DNA from: Frankia sp.
GTDB lineage: Bacteria > Actinomycetota > Actinomycetes > Frankiales > Frankiaceae
Assembly: GCA_019689615.1 (NCBI GenBank)
Contig: JADGHD010000001.1
Span: 1 to 44,760 of the forward strand
Direction of reading: 5' to 3'
DNA: 44,760 nt
In this document: piece after piece, positions 1 through 9,159 of the stretch
How positions within the stretch are numbered: the first letter of the stretch is position 1
How the letters are laid out: each line of letters opens with the position of its first letter
The notes under the pieces: model-generated
Databases searched by the model: none
The model's input: the letters and a program-made list of their open reading frames with translations, nothing else
Told to the model about the DNA's origin: nothing
Translations under genes and position numbers: made by a program

Positions 1-2
1 GC

Positions 3-512
3 GCACCCCCGCCCAGCGCGCCACCCGCCGCCGGCCAGGACGCCGAGCCCGGGAATGCCGAGGGCCGGGGCGGCGAGAGCGGGGACGCCGGGGGCCAGGG
101 CGGCGAGAGCGCGTGGGCCGATGGCGGCGCTGTCGACGCCGAGGCGCGGGACGGCGCTGGCCCGGCCGGGCCGATCGCGGGCGGCTGGCCGTGGGCGCTG
201 GCTGCCGGGGCGACGATGTGTACCGGCTGCCCGCTGTGCCGGCTGCTGGCCACCGTGGTCGGCAACCGGCCCGAGGTGATGTACCACCTGATGGCGGCGC
301 TCAGCGAGCTCGCCGCCGCCGTCCGGGCCGCGTGGGCGCCGCCGGGCGGACCAGACGGCTGGGGGAGTGGCACCGGCGGCGGCCAGGCCGGCGACGATGA
401 TGCCGGCGGGGCGGCCGGCGCGGACAACGGCGGGCACGTCCCGCCCAGCAGGCCAGGCGGGCGCCGGTCCCGGCCGCCCCGCCAGCGGGTGCAGAGGATC
501 GACATCCAGTGA
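3..512 (+). CDS. Conserved actinobacterial hypothetical protein with CxxCPxC motif (DUF5304-like), probably 5'-truncated by the window edge
   Basis: The frame of ORF 216..512 is open back to position 3. It contains CTGCPLCR and ends ...VQRIDIQ. Its stop overlaps the glucokinase start (GTGA). Confidence 0.65.
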   Translation, partial: APPPSAPPAAGQDAEPGNAEGRGGESGDAGGQGGESAWADGGAVDAEARDGAGPAGPIAGGWPWALAAGATMCTGCPLCRLLATVVGNRPEVMYHLMAALSELAAAVRAAWAPPGGPDGWGSGTGGGQAGDDDAGGAAGADNGGHVPPSRPGGRRSRPPRQRVQRIDIQ

Positions 513-1492
513 ACGCCAGCACGACCCCCGACCCGGGTGACCTCGCGATCGGCGTCGACATCGGCGGGACGAAGGTCGCCGCCGGCGTGGTCGACGGCCA
601 GGGCCGCATCCTCGGCTCGGTCCGCCGCCCAACCCCCGGCCACGAGCCGACGCTGGTCGCGGACACCATCGCCGAGGTGGTCGCCGACCTCAGGCAGCGC
701 TTCCCGGTCGGGTCGGCCCCGATCGGCATCGGCGCCGCCGGCTGGCTCGACCGCGACGGCGCCCGGGTGATGTTCGCCCCGAACCTGGCCGGCTGGCGGG
801 ACGAGCCCCTGCGCGAGATCATCAGCGAACGCCTCGGCCAGCCCGTCGTCGTCGACAACGACGCGAACACGATGGCCCTGGCCGAGTACCAGTTCGGCGC
901 CGGCCGCGGCTGCGCCCAGCTGGTCTGCGTCACGGTCGGCACCGGCATTGGCAGCGGCCTGGTGCTGAACGGCAAGGTTTACCACGGCGCCTTCGGTGTG
1001 GGCGCCGAGTTCGGCCACATGCAGGTCGTGCCGGCCGGTATCCCGTGCGGCTGCGGCAGCCAGGGCTGCTGGGAGCAGTACGCCAGCGGGCGCGCCCTGG
1101 TCCGCGCCGCCCGCGAGATGGCCACGTCTTCCCCGGAGGCCGGCCGGCGACTGCTGCAACTGGCCGGCGGCGACCCGTCCCAGCTCACCGGCCCGCACGT
1201 GACCACCGCCGCCCGCGAGGGCGACCCGGCCGCGGTGAAGTGCTTCGAGGAGGTCGGCCACTGGCTCGGCCAGGGCCTGGCCAGCCTCGCCGCCATCCTC
1301 GACCCGGCCAGCATCGTCATCGGCGGCGGCGTCTCGGAGGCCGGTGAGCTGCTGCTCGGCCCGGCCCGCGCCCAGTTCCGCGCCGCCATCCCCGGCCGCG
1401 GCCACCGCCCGGAGGCCGAGATCGTCCTCGCGGAACTCGGCCCCGACGCGGGTTTCGTCGGCGCCGCCATCCTCGCCCGCGCCACCTCCTAG
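509..1492 (+). CDS. glkA: ROK-family glucokinase
   Basis: GVDIGGTK ATP-binding motif, DNDAN, GTGIGSG, EFGH, and the CGCGSQGCWE zinc motif. Confidence 0.92.
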   Translation: MNASTTPDPGDLAIGVDIGGTKVAAGVVDGQGRILGSVRRPTPGHEPTLVADTIAEVVADLRQRFPVGSAPIGIGAAGWLDRDGARVMFAPNLAGWRDEPLREIISERLGQPVVVDNDANTMALAEYQFGAGRGCAQLVCVTVGTGIGSGLVLNGKVYHGAFGVGAEFGHMQVVPAGIPCGCGSQGCWEQYASGRALVRAAREMATSSPEAGRRLLQLAGGDPSQLTGPHVTTAAREGDPAAVKCFEEVGHWLGQGLASLAAILDPASIVIGGGVSEAGELLLGPARAQFRAAIPGRGHRPEAEIVLAELGPDAGFVGAAILARATS

Positions 1493-1723
1493 CCGTCGGC
1501 TCCGCCCAGCCACCGGTCCACCACCGCCCGGTCCACCCGCTGCCCGCCCCGGTCCGCTCGGCCGGTCCCGGCGCCCGGCCACGGGTCCGGGGACACGACC
1601 GAACCACCCTGATCCACGAGACGCGGCATGGTGGCTCTGCCACCGGCGGCTGCGCGCCACCGGCCGCGCCGACCGGCAGGCCGCGGAGCTCGTGTGCCGC
1701 GTGTTACCGGAGTGGGCCGCGGG

Positions 1724-2638
1724 TCAGCTCGTGGCGAGGCGGGATCTGGTCCAGGCGCCGATCTGCTCGTAGGCGGTCGTGGCGGCCGGGAACGCGAAGT
1801 TCAGGAAGCCGTGGGGTTGGCCGGGGTAGCAGATCTCGGTGGTGTCGACGCCTTCGGCGCGCAGGCGGGTCGCGTAGGCGCGGCCCTCGTCGCGGAGGAA
1901 GTCGCAGCCGCCGAGGACGACCAGGGCGGGAGGCAGGCCGGCGAGGGCCGGCGCGCGCAGGGGTGCGATGAACGGGTCGGCGTCCGCGTCGGGGCGGCCG
2001 GCGGTGTACGAGGACCAGAAGAACCTGCGGTCGACGTCGCTGACGACGATGCCGCGGAACTCCTGCCGGGACGGGTGGGTGGAGGACTCGCCGTCCAGGA
2101 CCGGGTAGAGCAGGACCTGGCCGGCGAGGGGGACCTCGGTCCCGCCGCGCAGGCGCAGGGCGGCCGCGGCGGCCAGGTTGCCGCCGGCGCTCTCGCCGGC
2201 CACCACCACCTGGGTGGGGCGGACGCCGAAGCGGGCGGTGTTGGCCAGGGCCCAGCGGGTGACCGCTTCGCAGTCGTCGAGGCCGGCCGGGTAGGGGTGC
2301 TCCGGGGCCAGGCGGTATTCGACGGACACCACCGCGGCGCCGGTCGCGTGCGCCAGCTCGCGGGCGACGTTGTCCATCACGCCGATGCTGCCGATGCACC
2401 AGCCGCCGCCGTGGAAGTAGACGACCAGGCCGGTCGGGGCGGTGTCGCCGACGTAGACGCGGACCGGCACGCCGTCGACGGTCTCGTCGGTGACCGACGC
2501 GATCTCGCGGGTGGGCGGGCCACCCTGCGGGCCGCGGGCCAGCGGGAGCAGCTCCGGTGACTCGGCGATCGCCGGCAGCGGGTTCTCCTCCAGCCACTTC
2601 GCCACCCACGGGTCGAGGACACCCTCGTCGACCGTCAT
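1724..2638 (-). CDS. HSL-family alpha/beta hydrolase (esterase/lipase)
   Basis: HGGG oxyanion motif, EYRLAPE, GESAGG nucleophile, DFLRDEG and HGF. Start MTVDEG at 2638 follows GAAGGGG. Confidence 0.9.
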   Translation of the reverse strand: MTVDEGVLDPWVAKWLEENPLPAIAESPELLPLARGPQGGPPTREIASVTDETVDGVPVRVYVGDTAPTGLVVYFHGGGWCIGSIGVMDNVARELAHATGAAVVSVEYRLAPEHPYPAGLDDCEAVTRWALANTARFGVRPTQVVVAGESAGGNLAAAAALRLRGGTEVPLAGQVLLYPVLDGESSTHPSRQEFRGIVVSDVDRRFFWSSYTAGRPDADADPFIAPLRAPALAGLPPALVVLGGCDFLRDEGRAYATRLRAEGVDTTEICYPGQPHGFLNFAFPAATTAYEQIGAWTRSRLATS

Positions 2639-2801
2639 GGGACGCACCCCTTCCCCCAGCCACGGCCCCGAGCGAAGGCGAACGTAATACCGACCACACC
2701 CCGGATGCCAGAGTTGCGGCGTCCTGCCCGAAGCGGCCGGGGCGGGCCGCGCTCGCCGCGCGGCAGCGGCGATGAACCGGCGCCGCGCGGCCGAACGCGG
2801 T

Positions 2802-3638
2802 CTACAGGTGGGCGATGCGCGGGGCTCTCCCGAGGCGGCGGATGTGGGCGCCGGCCTCGCGGGTGAGCTCCCGGGTGTTGCCGAACAGCCCGTCGAGGAC
2901 CAGTGCCCGGCGGATGTGGCGGTGCAGCGCGTGCTCGGCGGTGAAGCCGATGCCACCGAGCACCTGCTGGCAGTGCCGGGCGGCGTCGAGCGCCGCCTGG
3001 CCGGCCGCTGCCTTGCCGAGCAGGCTGGCCAGCTCGTCCTCGGCGGCGGCCAGCGCCGCCTCGGCGCCCTCGAGCGCGACGAAGGTCTCCGCCAGGCGGT
3101 GGCGGACCGCCTGGAAGCCGGCGATCGGGCGGCCGAACTGGACCCGGTCCAACGCGTGGGTGCGGGCCAGGGCGAGCATCGCCCGGCCGGTGCCGACCAG
3201 CCACCAGCCGAGGGCGCGCCGGCCGGCCGCCAGCGCCGCCGGGTCGGTCACCACGGCGGCGGCCTCGGCGTCGTCGCCGGCCCCAAGCACCCGCAGCGGC
3301 AGCGTGCCGTCGAGCAGCCCGCCCTCGTCCGGCGCGCTGCCGGCGTCCTTGCGTTCCCAGACGACGACCCGCCCGCCCGCGTACGGCAGTGCCACCGTGC
3401 CGCCGAGCGGCTGGCCGGTGGCGGCGAGCACGACGTCGTTGAGCACCGGGGCGTGCGCGCCGGTCTCCCCGAGCAGCGAGAAGACCAGCCGGACCGCGAC
3501 GGCCGGCTCCTCGGCGAGCAGGTCGGCCCAGCCCAGGTCGCCGAGCGCCGCGTCCAGCGCGGTGCCGGCCGCCGTCTCGGTCATCGTGCCGCGCAGCGCC
3601 TCGGCGAGAAGACTCTGTTCCTCCGCGTCCACTGCCAC
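2802..3638 (-). CDS. Acyl-CoA dehydrogenase, short beta-type (non-catalytic) subunit
   Basis: RVQFGRPIAGFQAVRHRLA and QVLGGIGFT motifs, no SEP..GSD motif. GTG start overlaps the upstream TAG (alternative GTG at 3632). Confidence 0.85.
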   Translation of the reverse strand: MAVDAEEQSLLAEALRGTMTETAAGTALDAALGDLGWADLLAEEPAVAVRLVFSLLGETGAHAPVLNDVVLAATGQPLGGTVALPYAGGRVVVWERKDAGSAPDEGGLLDGTLPLRVLGAGDDAEAAAVVTDPAALAAGRRALGWWLVGTGRAMLALARTHALDRVQFGRPIAGFQAVRHRLAETFVALEGAEAALAAAEDELASLLGKAAAGQAALDAARHCQQVLGGIGFTAEHALHRHIRRALVLDGLFGNTRELTREAGAHIRRLGRAPRIAHL

Positions 3639-4813
3639 TACTCCTTGCCGAGGTCCAACATGCGGCGGGCGACGATGTTGCGCTGGATCTCGGCCGTGCC
3701 GCCGTAGATCGTCGCTGCCCGCGAGTACAGGTACTCGGTGCGCCAGTGCGCGTCGGTGAGCTCGATCGTGCCGGGCAGGACCTCGCGCGCCGTGTCGAAC
3801 AGCTTCTGGTCCGCGGTCGAGAGCAGGATCTTGTCGACCGACGTCTCCGGGCCGAGGTGCGCGCCCGCGGCCAGCCGGCGCTGGGTGTCCCGGGACCGGC
3901 AGCGGACCGTGTGCAGCGCGAGGTAGGCGGCGCCGATCGCGGCGTCCGTCGCGGCCTCGGGCTCGGTCTCCTGCTTCGCCGCCTCCGCCAGCAGCATGTC
4001 CAGGCGGGTGAACAGGTAGGTGATCCGGTGCCAGAAGCAGGTGGAGCGCTCGTAGGGGAGCAGGTCCATGGCCAGGCGCCAGCCGTCGCCCTCGTTGCCG
4101 AGCATCCGGTCGGCCGGGATCACCACGTCGTCGAAGAACACCTCGCAGAACTCGTCGATGCCGTGCATCGTGCGCAGCGGCCGGACGGTGATCCCGGGGG
4201 AGTCCATGTCGACGAAGAACGCGGTGATGCCGGCGTGGCCGGGGGCGGTCCGGGTGAGCAGCACGCAGCGCTGGGCGTACTGGGCGAGGCTGGTCCACAC
4301 CTTCTGGCCGTTGACCACCCACGAGCCGTCATCGCGCCTGGTGGCCCTGGTGCTCAGGGAGGCCAGGTCGGAGCCCGAGCCGGGCTCGGAGAAGCCCTGG
4401 CACCACTGCTCCCGCCCGGACAGCAGCAATGGCAGCATCTCGGCGGCCAGCTCCGGGCGGGCGTAGGAGACCATCGTCGGGGCGAGAACCTCGACGATCG
4501 AGAAGTTGGTGCCGTCGGTCAGGTCGCGTTCGGCGATCTCCTCGTTGAGCACGGCGCGCAGCACGTCCGGGCCGCCGAGGCCGCCGGCCGCGACCGGCCA
4601 GCCGTAGCGCATCCATCCGGCGTCGAACAGGGCCCGGCGGACCTTGCCGAGCTGGGCGACCTCGGCCTCCAGCGAGTGCTCGGCCGGCTTGGCCAGCTCG
4701 GCGGCGTGCTCGTCGAGCCAGCGCTGCACGGCCGCGCGGTAGTCCTCGACGCTGACCGTCTCCGCGTCGACCGGCGGGGTGAAGCCGGCCGGTACCAGGT
4801 CTGTCGCCGTCAT
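3638..4813 (-). CDS. Acyl-CoA dehydrogenase, alpha-type (catalytic) subunit
   Basis: WCQGFSEPGSGSDLA, NGQKVWTS, EVFFDDV, LPYER and TIYGGTAEIQR motifs. ATGA overlap with the upstream gene. Confidence 0.92.
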   Translation of the reverse strand: MTATDLVPAGFTPPVDAETVSVEDYRAAVQRWLDEHAAELAKPAEHSLEAEVAQLGKVRRALFDAGWMRYGWPVAAGGLGGPDVLRAVLNEEIAERDLTDGTNFSIVEVLAPTMVSYARPELAAEMLPLLLSGREQWCQGFSEPGSGSDLASLSTRATRRDDGSWVVNGQKVWTSLAQYAQRCVLLTRTAPGHAGITAFFVDMDSPGITVRPLRTMHGIDEFCEVFFDDVVIPADRMLGNEGDGWRLAMDLLPYERSTCFWHRITYLFTRLDMLLAEAAKQETEPEAATDAAIGAAYLALHTVRCRSRDTQRRLAAGAHLGPETSVDKILLSTADQKLFDTAREVLPGTIELTDAHWRTEYLYSRAATIYGGTAEIQRNIVARRMLDLGKE

Positions 4814-5247
4814 CCGTTCAGCCGCTCGATGACGTGCGGGATGCCGTGGTCGTGCACGCCGCTGCGGCGGATGAACGTCATCGACCGCGTCCGCAGCTTC
4901 CAGCCCTCGTCGGTGCGGCGGTAGGTGTCGTTGTAGTAGCCGATCCGCATGTCGTGGTTGGAGTGCTCGATGAAGCACAGCGGCTGGGTGCCGCTGGCGT
5001 TGATGCCGTCGTCGGCGAAGTCGATGACCGGGGTGCCGGTGAGGAACAGGCCCTTGGGCGCGGCGTCGACCAGCGTCGGGAAGTCCTTCAGGACGAAGGT
5101 GTCACCGAAGGCGGAGTAGGTGCCGTCAGGGGTGAAGACCTTGAGCAGGCCGTCGATATCGCCCTTGGTGATGCAGACGGCGTAACGGGCCAGCATCTGC
5201 TGGATCTCGACCAGGTCCTCGATCCGGTTCGGCTTGGCTGTGCTCAC
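4810..5247 (-). CDS. NTF2/SnoaL-like fold protein
   Basis: 145 aa. EIQQMLARYA...FTPDG and GYYNDTYRRTDEGWK pattern. AGGAGA RBS upstream. Confidence 0.85.
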   Translation of the reverse strand: MSTAKPNRIEDLVEIQQMLARYAVCITKGDIDGLLKVFTPDGTYSAFGDTFVLKDFPTLVDAAPKGLFLTGTPVIDFADDGINASGTQPLCFIEHSNHDMRIGYYNDTYRRTDEGWKLRTRSMTFIRRSGVHDHGIPHVIERLNG

Positions 5248-5332
5248 TCGTCTCCTGCCTCGGTGTCGGTTGTCGCGTCGGTCTCGGAAGGTCGCGCGGG
5301 TGCCGGTAACCGCGTCGGGGTCGGTGGTCGGG

Positions 5333-6541
5333 TCAGTAGTTGAACTGCTTGCCGCCCTTCATCACGAACGGGACGCGGGAGAGGACCCGGATGTCCTCGA
5401 GCGGGTTCCCCCGGACCCCGATGACGTCGGCCAGCAGGCCAGGGGCCAGCCGGCCGCGGTCAGTGACGTCGATCAGGTCGGCGCCGACGATGGTGGCGGC
5501 CTGGATGGCCTGTAGCGGGGTCATGCCGCGCTCGACCATCGTGATGATCTCGAGGCCGTTCTTGCCGTGGGGGATCGCCGGCGCGTCGCTGCCGATGGCG
5601 ATCCTGACGCCGGCCTCGATCGCCCTGCGGATGGACTGCCTGGCGATCGGGAAGTCGTGCGCCGCCTTGGCCTGGATCTTCGGGTCGGCGGAGGAGAGCG
5701 TCACCATGCCGTCGATCAGCGCCTGGGTGGCGACGAGCCAGGTGCCCCGCTCGACCAGCAGGTTGATCGTGTCATCGTCGATCATGAAACCGTGCTCGAT
5801 GCAGTCGACGCCGCCCAGCACCATGTGCGTCACCGCGGACGAGCCGTGGGTGTGCGCGGCGACCCGCAGGCCGCGCCGGTGGGCCTCGTCGGTGATCGCG
5901 CGCACCTCCTCGTCGGAGTAGTGCTGCGCGCCGGACGGGCCGGTGTGCGACATCGTGCCGCCGGAGCCGCACATCTTGATGACCTGCGCGCCGTGCTTGA
6001 TCTGGTGGCGCACCGCGTAGCGGACCTCGTCGACGCCGTTGGCCAGGCCCTCCTCGACGGTGAGCTGCAGGGTGTGCGGGGCGAACGCGCCGAACATCGT
6101 CGGGTCGAGATGGCCGCCGTGCGGGGTGATGGCGTGCCCGGCCGGGACGATCCGCGGGCCGTCGATCCAGCCGGCGTCGATCGCCTTCATCAGCGCGACG
6201 TCGAGCAGGTAGCCGCCGGTCCTGCAGAACAGGCCGAGGTTGCGCACGGTCGTGAAGCCGGCCCGCAGGGTGCGGCGGGCGTTCTGGGTGGCGCGCATCA
6301 TCCGCAGCGGCGGGTCGTCGCGCATCAGCCCGGTCGCTGCCGACTCGCCCGGGCCGCCCATGAGGAGGTTGACCTCCATGTCCATCAGCCCGGGCAGCAG
6401 GATCAGGTCGCCCAGGTCGAGGACCTCGCCCTCGGGCCTGCCGCCGACCTCGACGATGTGCTCGCCCTCGATCTTCAGGACGCCAGGGCGGAGCTCGCCG
6501 GTGTCGACGTCGAGCAGGCCGGCGGCCTTGAGGGTCAGCAT
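5333..6541 (-). CDS. Metal-dependent amidohydrolase (prolidase/Xaa-Pro-dipeptidase-like subgroup) with altered first metal motif
   Basis: LPGLMDMEVN, AGFTTVRNLG, VIK, AAHTHG, CIEHG, GSD, G.LAPG..ADVI, VMKGG. AGGAGG RBS. Confidence 0.88.
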   Translation of the reverse strand: MLTLKAAGLLDVDTGELRPGVLKIEGEHIVEVGGRPEGEVLDLGDLILLPGLMDMEVNLLMGGPGESAATGLMRDDPPLRMMRATQNARRTLRAGFTTVRNLGLFCRTGGYLLDVALMKAIDAGWIDGPRIVPAGHAITPHGGHLDPTMFGAFAPHTLQLTVEEGLANGVDEVRYAVRHQIKHGAQVIKMCGSGGTMSHTGPSGAQHYSDEEVRAITDEAHRRGLRVAAHTHGSSAVTHMVLGGVDCIEHGFMIDDDTINLLVERGTWLVATQALIDGMVTLSSADPKIQAKAAHDFPIARQSIRRAIEAGVRIAIGSDAPAIPHGKNGLEIITMVERGMTPLQAIQAATIVGADLIDVTDRGRLAPGLLADVIGVRGNPLEDIRVLSRVPFVMKGGKQFNY

Positions 6542-6630
6542 CCCGCGTCCTCCTGGTCAGCGGTGACCAAAGTGGTCACCGTCCACTTTCCAGCGCCACC
6601 GCCGGCACGGTCCAGCGACCTCAGCTGGCG

Positions 6631-6666
6631 GAGAATGGCGTTCTCGCAGTTGAGTGGAAGATTTTC
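6631..6666. promoter_or_regulatory. Putative TetR operator GAGAATGGCGTTCTC with a degenerate second copy 21 bp downstream (GAGTGGAAGATTTTC)
   Basis: The palindrome at 6631-6645 lies in the divergent intergenic region and matches sites at 16826, 18394, 19639 and 33591. Confidence 0.7.
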
Positions 6667-6909
6667 ATGGACCGCCTGCCAGGTCAAACGCCCGGGCGGC
6701 GAGTGCGGCCGCCCGGCGCGCCACGGCCGGCGGCCCCGGCGGGATAGTTCGTCGCCGGCTCGCCGCGGACGGTGGCGGGCTGGTCGCCGCTGTCTGCCCG
6801 CCAGGTGGCGGGCCGTGCCGGGGCTGGTCGCGGTGGTTCCGCCGACCCGGCCGGTCAGCAGATGTGGCGGGCCGGAACCGGCCGGGCCGGCCTGTCCGGC
6901 CCGCTGCGG

Positions 6910-6946
6910 TGGGATTTGATTCTCGCAGGGTGAGAAGCTAGTTTCC
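6910..6946. promoter_or_regulatory. Pair of degenerate operator-like sites (TGGGATTTGATTCTC; GAGAAGCTAGTTTCC)
   Basis: AT-rich patch ~90 bp upstream of the 7034 operon with ATTCTC and GAGAA half-sites of the recurrent motif, 22 bp apart. Confidence 0.5.
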
Positions 6947-7033
6947 CTCACGGGGAAGGCGTGGACCGGCCGTGCCCGCCCTGGCGGCGCTGCTGGCCGC
7001 CGCCCCGCCTGCAGCCGGGACCGGAGGGACGCC

Positions 7034-8338
7034 ATGCTCCGAGACGACATGATCATGATCAGCGTCGACGATCACATCATCGAGCCGCCCGACATGTTCG
7101 TTGGCCGGCTGCCCGCGAAGTACCAGGCGGACGCGCCCCAGCTGGTCCACCGCGAGGACGGCTCGGACGTCTGGGTGTTCCGCGACATCGTCATCCCCAA
7201 CTCCGCGCTGAACGCGATCGCCGGCCGGCCCAAGGAGGAGTACGGCCTGGAGCCGCAGGGCCTCGACGAGATCCGGCCGGGCTGTTACGACGTCCACGAG
7301 CGGATCAAGGACATGAACGCCTGCGGCCTGCTGGCGTCGATGAACTTCCCGTCGTTCCCCGGGTTCGCCGGCAGGCTGTTCGTCACCGACGACGTCGACT
7401 TCTCCCTGGCGCTGGTGCGGGCCTACAACGACTGGCACATCGACGAGTGGTGCGGCGCCTACCCGGGCCGGTTCATCCCGATGGCGACCCCGGTGATCTG
7501 GGACGCCGAGCTGTGCGCGGCCGAGGTCCGCCGCGTGGCCGAGAAGGGCTGCCACTCGCTGACCTTCAGCGAGAACCCGGCCGGGATGGGCTTCCCGAGC
7601 TTCCACGACGAGTACTGGAACCCGCTGTGGAAGGCGCTGTGCGACACCGGCACGGTGCTGTCGGTGCACATCGGCTCGTCCGGGCGGATCGCGGTGCCCT
7701 CGGTGGACTCGCCGCCCGACGTCATGATCACTCTCCAGCCGATGAACATCGTCTCGGCCGCCGCGGACCTGCTCTGGTCGCGGGTGCTCAAGGACTTCCC
7801 GGACATGAAGATCGCGCTGTCCGAGGGCGGCACGGGCTGGATCCCGTACTTCCTCGAGCGCGTCGACCGGACGTTCGAGACGCACGCGACCTGGACCCTG
7901 CAGGACTTCGGCGGGAAGCTGCCGTCGGAGGTGTTCCGCGAGCACTTCCTCACCTGCTTCATCACCGACTCGCTCGGCATCGGCCTGCGGCACGAGATCG
8001 GCGTCGACAACATCACCTGGGAGTGCGACTACCCGCACAGCGACTCGCTGTGGCCGGACGCGCCGGAGCACCTCGACGCGGCGATGAAGAAGTGGAACGT
8101 GCCGGACGACGAGATCAACAAGATCACGTACGAGAACGCCATGCGCTGGTTCTCGTTCGACCCGTTCAGGCACATCCCGCGGGAGCAGGCCACGGTGGGC
8201 GCGCTGCGGGCGGCCGCCGCCGGCCATGACGTGAGCGTCAAGCCGCGAAGCAGGCAGATCGTCGAGCCAGCCGTCAAGCTGGAGCAGTTCCGGATGCGGG
8301 CCCGCGCCGCGCTCAGCGGGGCTACCCCCAGCCGGTGA
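7034..8338 (+). CDS. Amidohydrolase_2-family (TIM-barrel metal-dependent) hydrolase/decarboxylase
   Basis: SVDDHIIEPPD, AYNDW, SVHIGS, SEGGTGW, ECDYPHSD. GGAGG RBS. Confidence 0.9.
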   Translation: MLRDDMIMISVDDHIIEPPDMFVGRLPAKYQADAPQLVHREDGSDVWVFRDIVIPNSALNAIAGRPKEEYGLEPQGLDEIRPGCYDVHERIKDMNACGLLASMNFPSFPGFAGRLFVTDDVDFSLALVRAYNDWHIDEWCGAYPGRFIPMATPVIWDAELCAAEVRRVAEKGCHSLTFSENPAGMGFPSFHDEYWNPLWKALCDTGTVLSVHIGSSGRIAVPSVDSPPDVMITLQPMNIVSAAADLLWSRVLKDFPDMKIALSEGGTGWIPYFLERVDRTFETHATWTLQDFGGKLPSEVFREHFLTCFITDSLGIGLRHEIGVDNITWECDYPHSDSLWPDAPEHLDAAMKKWNVPDDEINKITYENAMRWFSFDPFRHIPREQATVGALRAAAAGHDVSVKPRSRQIVEPAVKLEQFRMRARAALSGATPSR

Positions 8339-8429
8339 CCCTGGCTGGCGTCCTCGGCCGGCCTGGCCGGGCCGGCCAGCCCGCCGCCCGCGCCAGCGCC
8401 GGCCCGCTCGTCCCCGTCTGGAGTGCGCC

Positions 8430-9155
8430 ATGAGCGACCTGGTCCTCACCGAACGGGCGGGCGCGGTGCTCGTCGCGACCATGAACCGGCCGCAGCGGCG
8501 CAACGCGCTGAGCCCGTCGATGATGGCCGCTCTCACCGAGGTGCTCAAGGGTGCCGAGGCCGACCCCGAGGTGCGGGCCGTGGTGCTGGCCGGCGCCGGC
8601 CCGGTGTTCTGCGCCGGGCTGGACCTCAGGGAGTTCGCCGCCGGGGCCGACTTCCGTGGGCTGCGCTGGTTCTACCGGGAGAGCATCGCCACCCCGGTGG
8701 TCGCCGCCGTGCAGGGCGCGGCGCTGGGTGGCGGCTTCGAGCTGGTGCTCGCCTGCGACGTCGTGGTCGCCGCGGAGGGGACCAGGCTTGGCATCCCCGA
8801 GGTCACCCGGGGGCTGTTCGCCGCCGGCGGGGGCACGACCCTGTCCTGGCGGATCCCGATGGTCTACGCCCTGGAGATGGGACTGACCGGCGAACCGGTC
8901 ACCGCCGAGCGGGCGGCGGCCATGGGGCTGGTCAACCGGGTGCTGCCGGCCGATCAGGTGTTCGACGAGGCCATGCGCCTCGCGCAGCGCATCGCTGGGA
9001 ATGGACCGCTTGGCGTCGCCGTCACCAAGAAGATGATGCGGGAACGGCGCTGGGCCGACCCGGCGGAGATCGACGCGGTGTTCGAGAGCGAGGACGCCAA
9101 GGAGGGCGCCCGGGCGTTCGCCGAGCGCCGCCCGCCGGTATGGAAGGGACGGTGA
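8430..9155 (+). CDS. Enoyl-CoA hydratase (crotonase), canonical two-Glu type
   Basis: NRP..RNAL, FCAGLDL, GGGFE, IPEV, EDAKEG..AF.E. Confidence 0.92.
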   Translation: MSDLVLTERAGAVLVATMNRPQRRNALSPSMMAALTEVLKGAEADPEVRAVVLAGAGPVFCAGLDLREFAAGADFRGLRWFYRESIATPVVAAVQGAALGGGFELVLACDVVVAAEGTRLGIPEVTRGLFAAGGGTTLSWRIPMVYALEMGLTGEPVTAERAAAMGLVNRVLPADQVFDEAMRLAQRIAGNGPLGVAVTKKMMRERRWADPAEIDAVFESEDAKEGARAFAERRPPVWKGR

Positions 9156-9159
9156 CCCG

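Noticed and set aside
1513-1588. CCGGTCC repeated 4-5 times in the intergenic region
   Set aside because: Short motif, irregular spacing (13-21 bp) and GC-rich low complexity. Not a CRISPR array or clear iteron.
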